From Candidatus Omnitrophota bacterium (GTDB taxonomy: Bacteria > Omnitrophota > Gorgyraeia > JAFGHF01): DNA of 64,000 nt. Of this stretch, positions 30,536 through 40,217 are shown piece by piece. A model generated the notes under the pieces. That model was not told where the DNA came from, searched no databases, and worked only from the letters and a program-made list of their open reading frames with translations. The stretch's first letter is position 1; each line of letters opens with the position of its first letter. The position numbers were made by a program, and so were the translations under genes. Where the stretch lies: assembly GCA_020341815.1 (NCBI GenBank), contig CP070837.1:780954-844953 (forward strand). Direction: 5' to 3'.

Positions 30536-30542
30536 CCTTGCC
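30531..30542 (-). promoter_or_regulatory. ANTAR-target-like hexaloop hairpin GGC-AAGGAA-GCC overlapping the 5' arm of T2
   Basis: Minus-strand RNA GGCAAGGAAGCC: 3-bp stem with 6-nt loop having A at position 1 and G at position 4; its 3' arm shares nucleotides with the T2 5' arm. Confidence 0.35.
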
Positions 30543-30567
30543 TTATTTTTCCCTTACAAAGGGAGCT

Positions 30568-30599
30568 AAAAATAAAAAACCCCAAACATTTCTTTGGGG
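30568..30599 (-). terminator. Rho-independent terminator T1
   Basis: Minus-strand RNA CCCCAAA-GAAAUG-UUUGGGG (7-bp stem) followed by UUUUUUAUUUUU. Confidence 0.6.
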
Positions 30600-30609
30600 C
30601 TGCTTTGCC
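30598..30609 (-). promoter_or_regulatory. ANTAR-target-like hexaloop hairpin GGC-AAAGCA-GCC overlapping the 5' arm of T1
   Basis: Minus-strand RNA GGCAAAGCAGCC: 3-bp stem, hexaloop with A1 and G4; shares 2 nt with the T1 5' arm. A second hexaloop hairpin AAC-AAUGAA-GUU lies 14 nt upstream (30624..30635). Confidence 0.35.
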
Positions 30610-30641
30610 TTATTAACTTTATTAACTTCATTGTTGCTTTA

Positions 30642-30669
30642 AGTATACCACAAAAAGATATTTTGTCAA
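30642..30669 (-). promoter_or_regulatory. Candidate promoter for the gltB-like leader transcript
   Basis: Minus strand reads TTGACA-N16-TGgTATACT (perfect -35, extended -10), between the GAF-ANTAR stop and terminator T1. Confidence 0.4.
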
Positions 30670-30688
30670 GACCTTTTTTAACTTTTTA

Positions 30689-31393
30689 TTATTTCCCTTT
30701 CCTTAATTCATAAGAAAGTATTATCGCCTCGGCGATATCTTTCATCTGAACCCGCTTATCCATGCTGGATTTACGCATTAAATTGAAGGCTTTTTCTTCG
30801 CTTAAATTTTGCTCCTTCATCAATAATCCTTTTGCCTTTTCTATTTTTTTTCTTGATTCTAATTCTTCCTGAATAATCTTGGTCTTAACCAAAAGCTCCG
30901 TGTTCATAATAGCTACAGCCGCCTGATTGGCCACGGCGCTTAAAAGGTCGATATCGCTTTTCGTAAAATTATACCTGCTTGTAGTATAACAATTAATTAC
31001 CCCGATTAATCTTCTTTTCACCATCATCGGGACACTAAGCATAGAGACTAATTTTTCCTTCTTTGCCAACTTTCTTTCCTTATACTTGGGGTCTTTAACG
31101 ACATCCGGGATAGCTATTGGCTTTCTCTCTTTTGCCACCAGGCCGACAACACCCTCTCCCAAGAGCAAAGTCCTTTCTTTCAAGTATTCTTCACTCATGG
31201 CCTGGGTAGCCCTTATCTTCAACTCTTTGGTTTTTTCGTCCAAAAGCCACAATGAACATATCTTTGCCCCCATTACATTGGCTGTCAATGTAACAATGAG
31301 CTTAAGCACATCCCCAAGATAAAGGTCGGAAGTTATGGCCTTGCTTATCTTGCTTAATGTATCGACATAGTTTTTGTAAGAAGACTGCTTCAT
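30689..31393 (-). CDS. GAF-domain / ANTAR-domain RNA-binding antitermination regulator
   Basis: 234 aa; N-terminal GAF-like region and a C-terminal segment resembling the ANTAR helical domain (KIEKAKGLLMKEQNLSEEKAFNLMRKSSMDKRVQMKDIAEAII). Terminator T1 lies downstream. Confidence 0.65.
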   Translation of the reverse strand: MKQSSYKNYVDTLSKISKAITSDLYLGDVLKLIVTLTANVMGAKICSLWLLDEKTKELKIRATQAMSEEYLKERTLLLGEGVVGLVAKERKPIAIPDVVKDPKYKERKLAKKEKLVSMLSVPMMVKRRLIGVINCYTTSRYNFTKSDIDLLSAVANQAAVAIMNTELLVKTKIIQEELESRKKIEKAKGLLMKEQNLSEEKAFNLMRKSSMDKRVQMKDIAEAIILSYELRKGK

Positions 31394-31416
31394 TTAATCC
31401 TCTGAATCCTCTTATA

Positions 31417-32757
<1,341 letters not shown>

Positions 32758-32788
32758 CTACAACCTCCTTCTATATTATTGCCATTAA

Positions 32789-32797
32789 ATTATATCA
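32789..32797 (-). promoter_or_regulatory. Extended -10 element (TGATATAAT) upstream of gdh
   Basis: Minus strand reads TGaTATAAT about 30 nt upstream of the gdh RBS; no good -35. Confidence 0.3.
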
Positions 32798-32828
32798 AAA
32801 AAAGATAAAATATACTATAACATTTATG

Positions 32829-34655
32829 TCAAAATAGATTTTTGCCATAACTTCTAAGGTAGACTGTCAAAATCATAATTGCCACAGGGGTAATGCCGGA
32901 GATGCGATTGGCCTGGCCCAGGGTCAGGGGCCTGAATTTATTCAGCTTCTCTTTAACCTCGCGAGAGAGTCCGCCGACCGTATTATAGTTAAGGCCCTGG
33001 GGTATCCTTATCTTCTCTAAATGCCTGAAAGTGCGCACCTCGGCAAGCTGGCGCCGGATAAATCCGGAATACTTTGCCTCTATCTCTATTCCTTTAAGGG
33101 CATCGGGCGCGATACTCAAAGGAAACTCTACCTTTAAATCTTCGATTCCTATCCCCGGCCTCTTTAATAATTGATAAAGAGCGATCTTTTTATCGTTTTT
33201 GGTTTCTTTCAGGAACTTTATGCCTTCCTGAATCTGAATCTCTTTCTCCCGGGTCTCCTCATATTCCTGAGCGCTCACCAGGCCTAATTCATAGCCGAGT
33301 TTTCTCAGGCGCAAATCGGCATTGTCCTGGCGCAGCATCAAGCGGTATTCTACGCGCGAAGTAAACATCCGGTAAGGCTCAAAGGTCCCTTTGGTAGTCA
33401 AATCGTCAATCAACACCCCGATGTAACTCGTGGAACGGCCTAAGATAAAAGGAGCTCTACCTTTAACCCGCAAGGCAGCGTTTATTCCGGCGATCAGTCC
33501 CTGGGCCGCTGCCTCTTCATATCCGGTGGTACCGTTAATCTGCCCGGCGAGATATAGATTTTTTATCAGTTTTGTCTCTAACGTAGGATAAACCTGGGTA
33601 GAATCCACTACATCGTGCTCAATCCCGTAGCCGAAACGGTTAATCCCGGCCTCTTCCAGCCCGGGAATAGAATGGATAAATTTATCCTGCACCTCTTCAG
33701 ACATATTGGTAAAAAGCCCGTTGGGGTAATACTCATCCGTATCCTTTCCTTCGGGCTCCAAAAATATTTGATGCCGCGGGTGGTGGGGAAACTTGACTAT
33801 TTTTTCTTCGAAAGAGGGGCAGTAGCGTACGCTGGGGGCGTCAATCTTTCCGCTTAAAAGGGCCGAAGACTTTAAATTCTTACGAATAATCTCGTGAGTC
33901 TTTTCGGTAGTATAGGTAAGATAGCAGGGCAACTGCTTTAATTTCAGCTGCTTGCCGGAAAAAGAAAAACCTTGCGGGAGAGTATCACCATTTTGAAGCT
34001 GCATTCGGGAAAAATCTATCGTCTTACCGTCAAGGCGGGCGCTGGTACAGGTATTAAAGCGTAAAAGCCTAAAGCCCAAATCTCGCAAAGAACGGGAAAG
34101 GCCGCAGCTTACATCCTGCTCCTCAATCCTTCCCCCGGGAAAACTGTGCTTACCGATATGGATTAGCCCATTGAGAAATGTGCCCGGGGTAATTACTAAT
34201 GTCTCACCCCATAACTTTTCTCCCTTAGAGGTTTCAATGCCGCAGGCGATATTATCTTTAATAAGGATATTAACTACTTCTGCGCAATGAACTTTGAGAT
34301 TTTTTTGTTTTCTTAAGGCCCTTTGCATATATAAGCTGTATCTTTTTCTGTCTACCTGGGCCCTTAAGGAGTGGACTGCGGCGCCCTTGGAGGCATTAAG
34401 GGTTCTAAACTGGATACCGCAGGCGTCCGTAGCGCGGGCCATCTCGCCACCCAAGGCATCAATCTCTTTAACTAACTGGGCCTTGCCTATTCCCCCGACT
34501 GCCGGATTGCAGGACATAAGGCCGATATTATCCTTATGCAGGGTGATGACCAGAGTAGACAATCCCATCCGCGCAGTAGCTAAAGCAGCTTCGCAGCCGG
34601 CATGCCCTGCACCAATAACTATAACAGGATAGACTTCGCCCTTTGTGCTTTTCAT
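32829..34655 (-). CDS. mnmG: tRNA uridine-5-carboxymethylaminomethyl modification enzyme MnmG (GidA)
   Basis: 608 aa; N-terminal FAD-binding VIGAGHAGCEAA and full-length MnmG-like sequence. Confidence 0.9.
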   Translation of the reverse strand: MKSTKGEVYPVIVIGAGHAGCEAALATARMGLSTLVITLHKDNIGLMSCNPAVGGIGKAQLVKEIDALGGEMARATDACGIQFRTLNASKGAAVHSLRAQVDRKRYSLYMQRALRKQKNLKVHCAEVVNILIKDNIACGIETSKGEKLWGETLVITPGTFLNGLIHIGKHSFPGGRIEEQDVSCGLSRSLRDLGFRLLRFNTCTSARLDGKTIDFSRMQLQNGDTLPQGFSFSGKQLKLKQLPCYLTYTTEKTHEIIRKNLKSSALLSGKIDAPSVRYCPSFEEKIVKFPHHPRHQIFLEPEGKDTDEYYPNGLFTNMSEEVQDKFIHSIPGLEEAGINRFGYGIEHDVVDSTQVYPTLETKLIKNLYLAGQINGTTGYEEAAAQGLIAGINAALRVKGRAPFILGRSTSYIGVLIDDLTTKGTFEPYRMFTSRVEYRLMLRQDNADLRLRKLGYELGLVSAQEYEETREKEIQIQEGIKFLKETKNDKKIALYQLLKRPGIGIEDLKVEFPLSIAPDALKGIEIEAKYSGFIRRQLAEVRTFRHLEKIRIPQGLNYNTVGGLSREVKEKLNKFRPLTLGQANRISGITPVAIMILTVYLRSYGKNLF

Positions 34656-34674
34656 TGGAATAAGAAGTTATATT

Positions 34675-35031
34675 TTAGCGAACAAGAAACCTATTTTTTA
34701 CTCTTTTTGCCTGGAAAAACTGGCGGGTGAACTTTTTTGCGGCTATGCGGTCGAACTTCTGGCAGGAAAAGATATTAATATAAGCCCTGGCCCAAAAATC
34801 GGAAAAATGCCCGGTAATGGAGCTGGTTTCTATTAACTGCACTAAGGAATAGCCTTTGGTAAAGGCCTCTTTTTCTCCGAAATAGGGAATTAAGGTTTCT
34901 CCGTATTGCTTCATCTTTATCAGCTTGCATAGCTTATCTGCATATTCCTTGAGCTTCTTCCTGGAGCCGATTATCTTTTTATTGCATTCGTAAAGGTCCA
35001 TAACTAACTCATAACCATAGGTTTTTTTCAT
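34675..35031 (-). CDS. S-adenosylmethionine decarboxylase-like (SpeH-family) paralog, function uncertain
   Basis: 118 aa; SpeH-like fold signature (DLYECN, ETSSITGHF) but lacks the canonical ESHxxxHTWPE processing motif of the adjacent speH; ATGA overlap with the speE stop. Confidence 0.5.
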   Translation of the reverse strand: MKKTYGYELVMDLYECNKKIIGSRKKLKEYADKLCKLIKMKQYGETLIPYFGEKEAFTKGYSLVQLIETSSITGHFSDFWARAYINIFSCQKFDRIAAKKFTRQFFQAKRVKNRFLVR

Positions 35032-35870
35032 TCACCCAATCCCCCTTTTACGTAAGTGGGTAGTTTAGTGCTTGCAAAATGGATGTCCGGATTATAATAT
35101 TTTGTCTCCAGATTCAGCTGCTTAAACCTATTCATTATTTCATCGTAAGAGATGTCTTTCTGGTTAATCTTCTTAGAGCCGACGAGAAAACTAAAGAATC
35201 CGCCGATATAAGTGGGAATAGCCGCCAGATGCACTGATACATATGGAAATTTCTCTTTCATTATTCGCCAGTTTTCTTTCAATTCCTTCAACTGCAAAGT
35301 TGTCGAGCCGCTTTGCCTGGCCATTATCCCGTCGTCCTTCAGTATGGAAAAAATATCCCGATAAAACTTTCTGGAAAAAAGCACCTTGGCCACGCCAATA
35401 GGGTCGGGCGAATCCACAATAACAACGTCAAACTTTTTCTTTGTCTGGCGAATAAACTTTGCCCCGTCAGCGATAATTATTTCCACTCTTCCATTTGCTG
35501 CAAAAGCACCGCTACTTATGGAAGGAAGATATTTTTTGGAAGTGCGGATTACCTCATCATCAATCTCCACAAGATATACCTTTTTGACATTGTGCTTTAA
35601 GACTTCTCTTAATATTCCACCGTCACCGGCGCCGATGACAAGGACTTCCTTCGGTTCAGGGTAACTCAAAAGCGAAGGATGGGTAAGCATCTCATGATAA
35701 ATAAACTCGTCCTTTTCCGTTGTCTGGATTGCTCCGTCCAAGACAAGCGTCTTTCCGTAACGAGGGGTTTTATATATCCGCAAGTCCTGGTAAGGCGTCT
35801 TTTTCCTGTGGATAAGCTCACCCTTAATTCCCAGTTTTACATCGGGGTATAAGTTCTCGTAAAACCACAT
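35028..35870 (-). CDS. speE: Spermidine synthase (aminopropyltransferase)
   Basis: 280 aa; GAGDGG SAM-binding motif and aminopropyltransferase acidic loop VVIVDSPDPIG. Confidence 0.85.
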   Translation of the reverse strand: MWFYENLYPDVKLGIKGELIHRKKTPYQDLRIYKTPRYGKTLVLDGAIQTTEKDEFIYHEMLTHPSLLSYPEPKEVLVIGAGDGGILREVLKHNVKKVYLVEIDDEVIRTSKKYLPSISSGAFAANGRVEIIIADGAKFIRQTKKKFDVVIVDSPDPIGVAKVLFSRKFYRDIFSILKDDGIMARQSGSTTLQLKELKENWRIMKEKFPYVSVHLAAIPTYIGGFFSFLVGSKKINQKDISYDEIMNRFKQLNLETKYYNPDIHFASTKLPTYVKGGLGE

Positions 35871-36244
35871 TAGAATATACCTCTCTTTAATTCCGCTATT
35901 TGAATGTTCTTGGCAGTAAAGCCTTTCTTTATTACGTCGATGGCGTCATAGGGATTGACGCTGCCACAGACAAAGATATCCATTGCGGCATATTTATATT
36001 CCGGCCAGGTATGAATACTTATATGGGATTCCTTAAGGAGGGCTGCTCCGGATATACCTCCGGAAGAAGAGAATTTATGCAGGTTTATTTTTAGAAGTGT
36101 AGCTCCGCAGGCCTTGACGGCATCTTCCAATATCTTTTTTATTCTCAGAAGAGAAGAAAAATTCTTGCCATCCCAGAGTTCGATAATTAAATGAGTGCCG
36201 GCATATTTTATATGGCTATTGGAAGAACAGTATTCTTTCTTCAT
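35870..36244 (-). CDS. speH: S-adenosylmethionine decarboxylase proenzyme (small, SpeH type)
   Basis: Track ORF from GTG 36250; ATG at 36244 with RBS GAGAGGGG. Processing/active-site motif ESHISIHTWPEY present. Confidence 0.8.
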   Translation of the reverse strand: MKKEYCSSNSHIKYAGTHLIIELWDGKNFSSLLRIKKILEDAVKACGATLLKINLHKFSSSGGISGAALLKESHISIHTWPEYKYAAMDIFVCGSVNPYDAIDVIKKGFTAKNIQIAELKRGIF

Positions 36245-36305
36245 TCCCACCCCTCTCTAATTACCATATTAAAGCAAATATCCCCGTTTTTCGCAAGATT
36301 TTTTT

Positions 36306-36824
36306 TTAAATTATGCTTGAAGCTATTATGGAAAGCATAATTATCGCTATGGCCACTTTGGCAATTATGGAACCGACTCTTCCGATTACGCCTCCGGCAC
36401 CGGATTTAAGCGATTTTACAAGATTCCTCTGGATAAAAAGCTCAACTAAAAAGGCACCCAGGAAAATTCCCAGAAAAGTACCGGCAAGCAGCCCCACTCC
36501 GAAAAAGCCTACCGCACCCAATATGGCCCCAAAGATACCTCCGATAAGTGCACCGAAGGCTGCGGCATTTGAGGCGCCGAGCTTCTTGGCGCCGATTATA
36601 ATAAAAAAATACTCCAGCACCTCACCGCATAAATAAAAAATCGTCAGGATTATAAGCGTCTTTACGCTGATGATGGAAAAATTGGTCAAAAGCGCATATA
36701 AAAGAGAACCGATAAGGATAATTAGGGTACCAAAGGTGGTAAAAAATATAGCCGCTAGTCCCGCTAAACTAAAAATTATCAAGATAGCCAAGGCCAATGC
36801 TTCCATAACATTATTCCCTTGCAT
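36306..36824 (-). CDS. Hypothetical integral membrane protein (glycine-rich helices)
   Basis: 172 aa hydrophobic ORF; possible alternative start at the second Met. Confidence 0.45.
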   Translation of the reverse strand: MQGNNVMEALALAILIIFSLAGLAAIFFTTFGTLIILIGSLLYALLTNFSIISVKTLIILTIFYLCGEVLEYFFIIIGAKKLGASNAAAFGALIGGIFGAILGAVGFFGVGLLAGTFLGIFLGAFLVELFIQRNLVKSLKSGAGGVIGRVGSIIAKVAIAIIMLSIIASSII

Positions 36825-36832
36825 AAAGATAA

Positions 36833-36855
36833 AGCCCGACTGTAAACGCCGGGCT
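36833..36855 (-). terminator. Candidate terminator hairpin downstream of csp
   Basis: Inverted repeat AGCCCG-N11-CGGGCT, 22 nt after the csp stop; flanking T-richness is stronger on the plus strand, so orientation is ambiguous. Confidence 0.3.
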
Positions 36856-36878
36856 CATTTGTCTTTTTTACTTTCAGA

Positions 36879-37079
36879 TTACAACTTTACTACTTTTACA
36901 GCCTGTTCGCCTTTGGGGCCCTGCTGGACCTCAAATTCGACTTCCTGCCCTTCGTCTAAAGTTTTGTATCCTTCACCCTCGATTGCACTATGATGCACGA
37001 ATACATCCTTACCTGACTCGGAAGTAATAAATCCATAACCTTTTTGGTTGCTGAACCACTTAACTTTTCCTTTTGGCAC
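36879..37079 (-). CDS. Cold-shock protein (CspA family)
   Basis: 66 aa; RNP motifs KGYGFI and VFVHHS; GTG start with RBS AAAGGGGG. Confidence 0.85.
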   Translation of the reverse strand: MPKGKVKWFSNQKGYGFITSESGKDVFVHHSAIEGEGYKTLDEGQEVEFEVQQGPKGEQAVKVVKL

Positions 37080-37267
37080 TACTTGTTACCCCCTTTCGTA
37101 TCAAATTATAGTAAATAATGGCAGAAACAAGAAAACCGTAAAGAGCGAATTTTCCTCCGCCTTACGGCCCCAGGGACTTCTACTCCTTTACTTACTACCA
37201 TCTTTAATATAGACCAACTTCTTCTATTTGTCAACAAAATTTTATAGATTTTAAAGTAAACCTTTAG

Positions 37268-37273
37268 TATAAT
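37268..37273 (+). promoter_or_regulatory. Candidate -10 (TATAAT) for the plus-strand adhesin/PLD genes
   Basis: Perfect TATAAT 22 nt upstream of the adhesin ATG, with RBS AAAGGAG; no convincing -35. Confidence 0.25.
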
Positions 37274-37295
37274 ATTAGCCGACAAAGGAGCTGCT

Positions 37296-39014
37296 ATGCC
37301 GAATAGAATTAAAGCGTGCATACTAATCCTCCTGTTGCTTGGTCTAATTTTATTCTATAATTCCGGGGCTATCGGGGAAGAAGGAACAAATCGTAATGAA
37401 CTCCCCGAGTGGCTAAAGAGAATATATTATGGGCTGAAGATCGAAACCGATCGCAAGCCCTTTTTTTATTTTGAAACTATCCAACCGCTCTGGAGATTCA
37501 AAAAAGACGATGCGGTAATCTTTACCCAACCGCATATTACCATCAAAGACAGGACAGGTTACTATAGCCTTGGCCTGGGATATCGCAGATTACTTGGCTT
37601 AAACAGGGCCATACTGGGCTTCAATGTCTTCTTTGACTATCAGGAAGGGCGCCATCATCAGATAGGTTTAGGAGCAGAGAGCTTAGGAGATGACCTGGAG
37701 GCCAGAATAAACTATTATTTAGGGACTTCCCATGAAAAACAGATTGAGGAAACCGACACATATTTTAAATATGCAGAGGTAGTTGATGGCCTGGATGCGG
37801 AAGTCGGAATCAGACTGCCTCATCTGTCCTGGGCGAAGTTTTTCGCAGGAGGATACTATTACGGCGCAGATTATACCGATGACCTGCAGGGTTGGAAGGC
37901 AAGATTAGAGCTGAAGCCCTTAAGACATCTAACCCTGGATATAGGTGTTAGAAATGACAATTCTTCCGATGAACGCTGGTTTATGGAAATGCAATGGCGC
38001 ATCCCCTTTGGCGAAGAAGAAGCTGCAACAGAAGAGGCTGCACCCAAAGAAGCTCTTTATAGTAGGATGCTTGAGCCTGTGGAGAGGAATTTCATGCCCA
38101 CCTTAGAGGAATGGACATCGGATAAGACTGCCACAGTAACAGGAGTAATCCTTGATCAAAACGGCAATCCCGTAATTAACGCCAAGGTAGAGATACACTC
38201 CAAGGTAGTAACGGTCTATACTGATGATAGCGGAAGATTCAACGCCACGGTTCCCGTAGGAGAGCACACCCTTTATGCCTGGAATGCAGATGGTGAACAG
38301 ATTATATCCGGAGAGCCCATTAATGTCAGCGAAGATGAAGAAGATATCCTGGATGTTAGAACATATAATGTAGAAGATCCCGCTGCAGCTCCTGCCCCGC
38401 CAGCCAATCAAGGCCCTGTGGTAAGCAATATACTGGATCAAACTATAAATGAAGGTGGAACATTTGACTCTATAAATCTGGATGATTATGTAACCGATCC
38501 GGATGATGACGATGATCAGATAGTCTGGACTTGCTCCGGAAATACCTATATCACAGTCTCCATCTTAAACCGGGTAGCTACATTAACTTTCCCTTCGGGC
38601 TGGAGCGGCTATGAGACCATCACCTTTATAGCTAAAGATCCCGAGGGTCTCTCAGCTTCAAACTCCGCTACTTTCACTGTGAATGAGGCAGTAAATCACG
38701 CCCCGGAAATTAGCGACCTCAAGGCCGAGCCTTATATTATAAAGAAAAAGGACAAGAATAAATCCACAATCAGCTTTGATGTTTCCGATGCTGACGGTGA
38801 TAGAATTACATGGTATGCCAGCGTCTCACCTCAAGACAAAGGAGATGTCAGTCCTGATACTGGCTATGTAAATGGGGGTTCGGGATGCGGCGAAACCACA
38901 TTTACCGCCCATAAACATGAGAAGGGTACTGTTACAATTACCATTGAGTTAAACGACGGCCACGGCGGAACTGATAGTGAATCGATTAACATTACCATTA
39001 AAAAAGATGATTAA
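37296..39014 (+). CDS. Putative outer-membrane adhesin: signal peptide, N-terminal beta-barrel-like domain, Ig-like and acidic cadherin-like repeats
   Basis: 572 aa; hydrophobic N-terminus; aromatic/Gly-rich region (GYYSLGLGYRRL, GGYYYGADY) reminiscent of inverse-autotransporter barrels; carboxypeptidase-regulatory-like beta-sandwich and DPDDDDD stretch. Confidence 0.55.
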   Translation: MPNRIKACILILLLLGLILFYNSGAIGEEGTNRNELPEWLKRIYYGLKIETDRKPFFYFETIQPLWRFKKDDAVIFTQPHITIKDRTGYYSLGLGYRRLLGLNRAILGFNVFFDYQEGRHHQIGLGAESLGDDLEARINYYLGTSHEKQIEETDTYFKYAEVVDGLDAEVGIRLPHLSWAKFFAGGYYYGADYTDDLQGWKARLELKPLRHLTLDIGVRNDNSSDERWFMEMQWRIPFGEEEAATEEAAPKEALYSRMLEPVERNFMPTLEEWTSDKTATVTGVILDQNGNPVINAKVEIHSKVVTVYTDDSGRFNATVPVGEHTLYAWNADGEQIISGEPINVSEDEEDILDVRTYNVEDPAAAPAPPANQGPVVSNILDQTINEGGTFDSINLDDYVTDPDDDDDQIVWTCSGNTYITVSILNRVATLTFPSGWSGYETITFIAKDPEGLSASNSATFTVNEAVNHAPEISDLKAEPYIIKKKDKNKSTISFDVSDADGDRITWYASVSPQDKGDVSPDTGYVNGGSGCGETTFTAHKHEKGTVTITIELNDGHGGTDSESINITIKKDD

Positions 39015-39028
39015 ATGGGGAGATCATT

Positions 39029-40102
39029 ATGAAAAAGATAGGTAATGTAGAAGTATATATGGGGCCGCAGGAACTTAACCAGCCTGATGCCTTAGGAGAA
39101 GTCATTATTAATTTCATAAAGAAGGCAAAAAAGGCTTTATTTATTGCTGTTCAGGAACTGGATTCAGCATCAATTGCCAAGGCAATCATTGAAGCCAAAT
39201 CAAGAGGCATCTCCGTCTCTCTTATTATGGAGGCGGATTACTTGACGGTGCAAAAGCCCCTTAATGACCCCTGGCAGCTCACCGGAAAGAACGAAAAGAA
39301 CCGCGAAATCCATAATGCTTTGATGCGCGCTAAGGTAGATGTTAAAACCGACTATAACCCAAAAATCTTTCATCAAAAGTTTATAGTCAGGGACCCTCTT
39401 GGTGCGCAAGCAGCAGTCTTGACCGGCTCTACCAACTTTACCGACACAGGCACACACAGCAACCTTAATCATATCGTGATTATAAGAGGTAAAAGACACG
39501 CACAAATCTATCTGGATGAGTTTAAGGAAATGGCCACAGGCACCTTTGGACGGCTCAGGTTAAGATTTGATGCGCCCCCAAAGACTTATTCAGTCTCCGG
39601 GGTGCGCATTAAGACACTCTTTGCCCCCGACCACTCCCCTGAGATGGAAATAATGAAGCAGATGCTTAAGGCAAAGGAGCAGATAGATTTTGCGATTTTT
39701 ACCTTTGCAAAATCTTCCGGCATAGACGATACCATGGTCTCCCTTCAGAAATCAGGCATAAAAGTAAGAGGGATTTTTGACCCCGGCCAGGGTAATCAAA
39801 AATGGGCGGCTACTCGTGTATTGGCAAGCAATAAGATTAAGGTTTATCTGGCTAAAAAGAGCCCCCAATTAAATAAGCTCCATCATAAATTGATGGTAAT
39901 AGATAAACAAGTCGTTATCGCAGGCAGTTTCAATTATACCGACCCCGCCAATACGCTTAATGATGAAAATATAATCATTATCGGCGACCTTGACGAAAAA
40001 AGGAAAAACAGCATTAAGCGGCAGAAACAGATAGGCCAATATGTTTATGGCTGGATAGATAAAATGGTCAAGGATAATGGCAAATTAATCTCGAAACCGT
40101 AA
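39029..40102 (+). CDS. Phospholipase D superfamily protein with two HKD motifs
   Basis: 357 aa; HQKFIVRD...GSTNFT and HHKLMVIDKQ...GSFNYT (two HxK(x)4D...GSxN motifs); no obvious signal peptide; 14 nt after the adhesin gene. Confidence 0.75.
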   Translation: MKKIGNVEVYMGPQELNQPDALGEVIINFIKKAKKALFIAVQELDSASIAKAIIEAKSRGISVSLIMEADYLTVQKPLNDPWQLTGKNEKNREIHNALMRAKVDVKTDYNPKIFHQKFIVRDPLGAQAAVLTGSTNFTDTGTHSNLNHIVIIRGKRHAQIYLDEFKEMATGTFGRLRLRFDAPPKTYSVSGVRIKTLFAPDHSPEMEIMKQMLKAKEQIDFAIFTFAKSSGIDDTMVSLQKSGIKVRGIFDPGQGNQKWAATRVLASNKIKVYLAKKSPQLNKLHHKLMVIDKQVVIAGSFNYTDPANTLNDENIIIIGDLDEKRKNSIKRQKQIGQYVYGWIDKMVKDNGKLISKP

Positions 40103-40155
40103 CTCTCATCTGTTTTTTCCCCTTCCAAATAATAAGTCTGGAGAAAATTTTTCCC

Positions 40156-40185
40156 TTGACAAACTATTCCCCCTTTGTCTATAAT
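40156..40185 (+). promoter_or_regulatory. Consensus sigma70-type promoter upstream of the Rrf2 regulator
   Basis: TTGACA-N18-TATAAT, both hexamers perfect, about 30 nt upstream of the Rrf2 ATG. Confidence 0.5.
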
Positions 40186-40196
40186 CTCTATAGACA
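40176..40196. promoter_or_regulatory. Perfect inverted repeat TGTCTATA-N5-TATAGACA overlapping the -10; candidate Rrf2 operator
   Basis: 8-bp arms are exact reverse complements with a 5-bp spacer and overlap the TATAAT box. Confidence 0.4.
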
Positions 40197-40217
40197 ATAT
40201 AGGAAAGGAGCCGAAAA

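Noticed and set aside
30629-30631. Possible 21-codon leader peptide (MKLIKLIRQSSPKEMFGVFYF) in the gltB-like leader
   Set aside because: The ATG lies within about 5 nt of the predicted transcription start with no SD; the region is better explained by the hairpin elements.
36291-36300. T9 homopolymer tract upstream of speH
   Set aside because: Considered as a phase-variable slippage site, but it sits upstream of the candidate -35 on the non-template side, more consistent with an A-tract UP element; no coding frame is affected.
37106-37321. 71-aa minus-strand ORF between csp and the adhesin gene
   Set aside because: Overlaps the adhesin start and its promoter/RBS region; low-complexity sequence; more likely non-coding promoter/5' UTR DNA.
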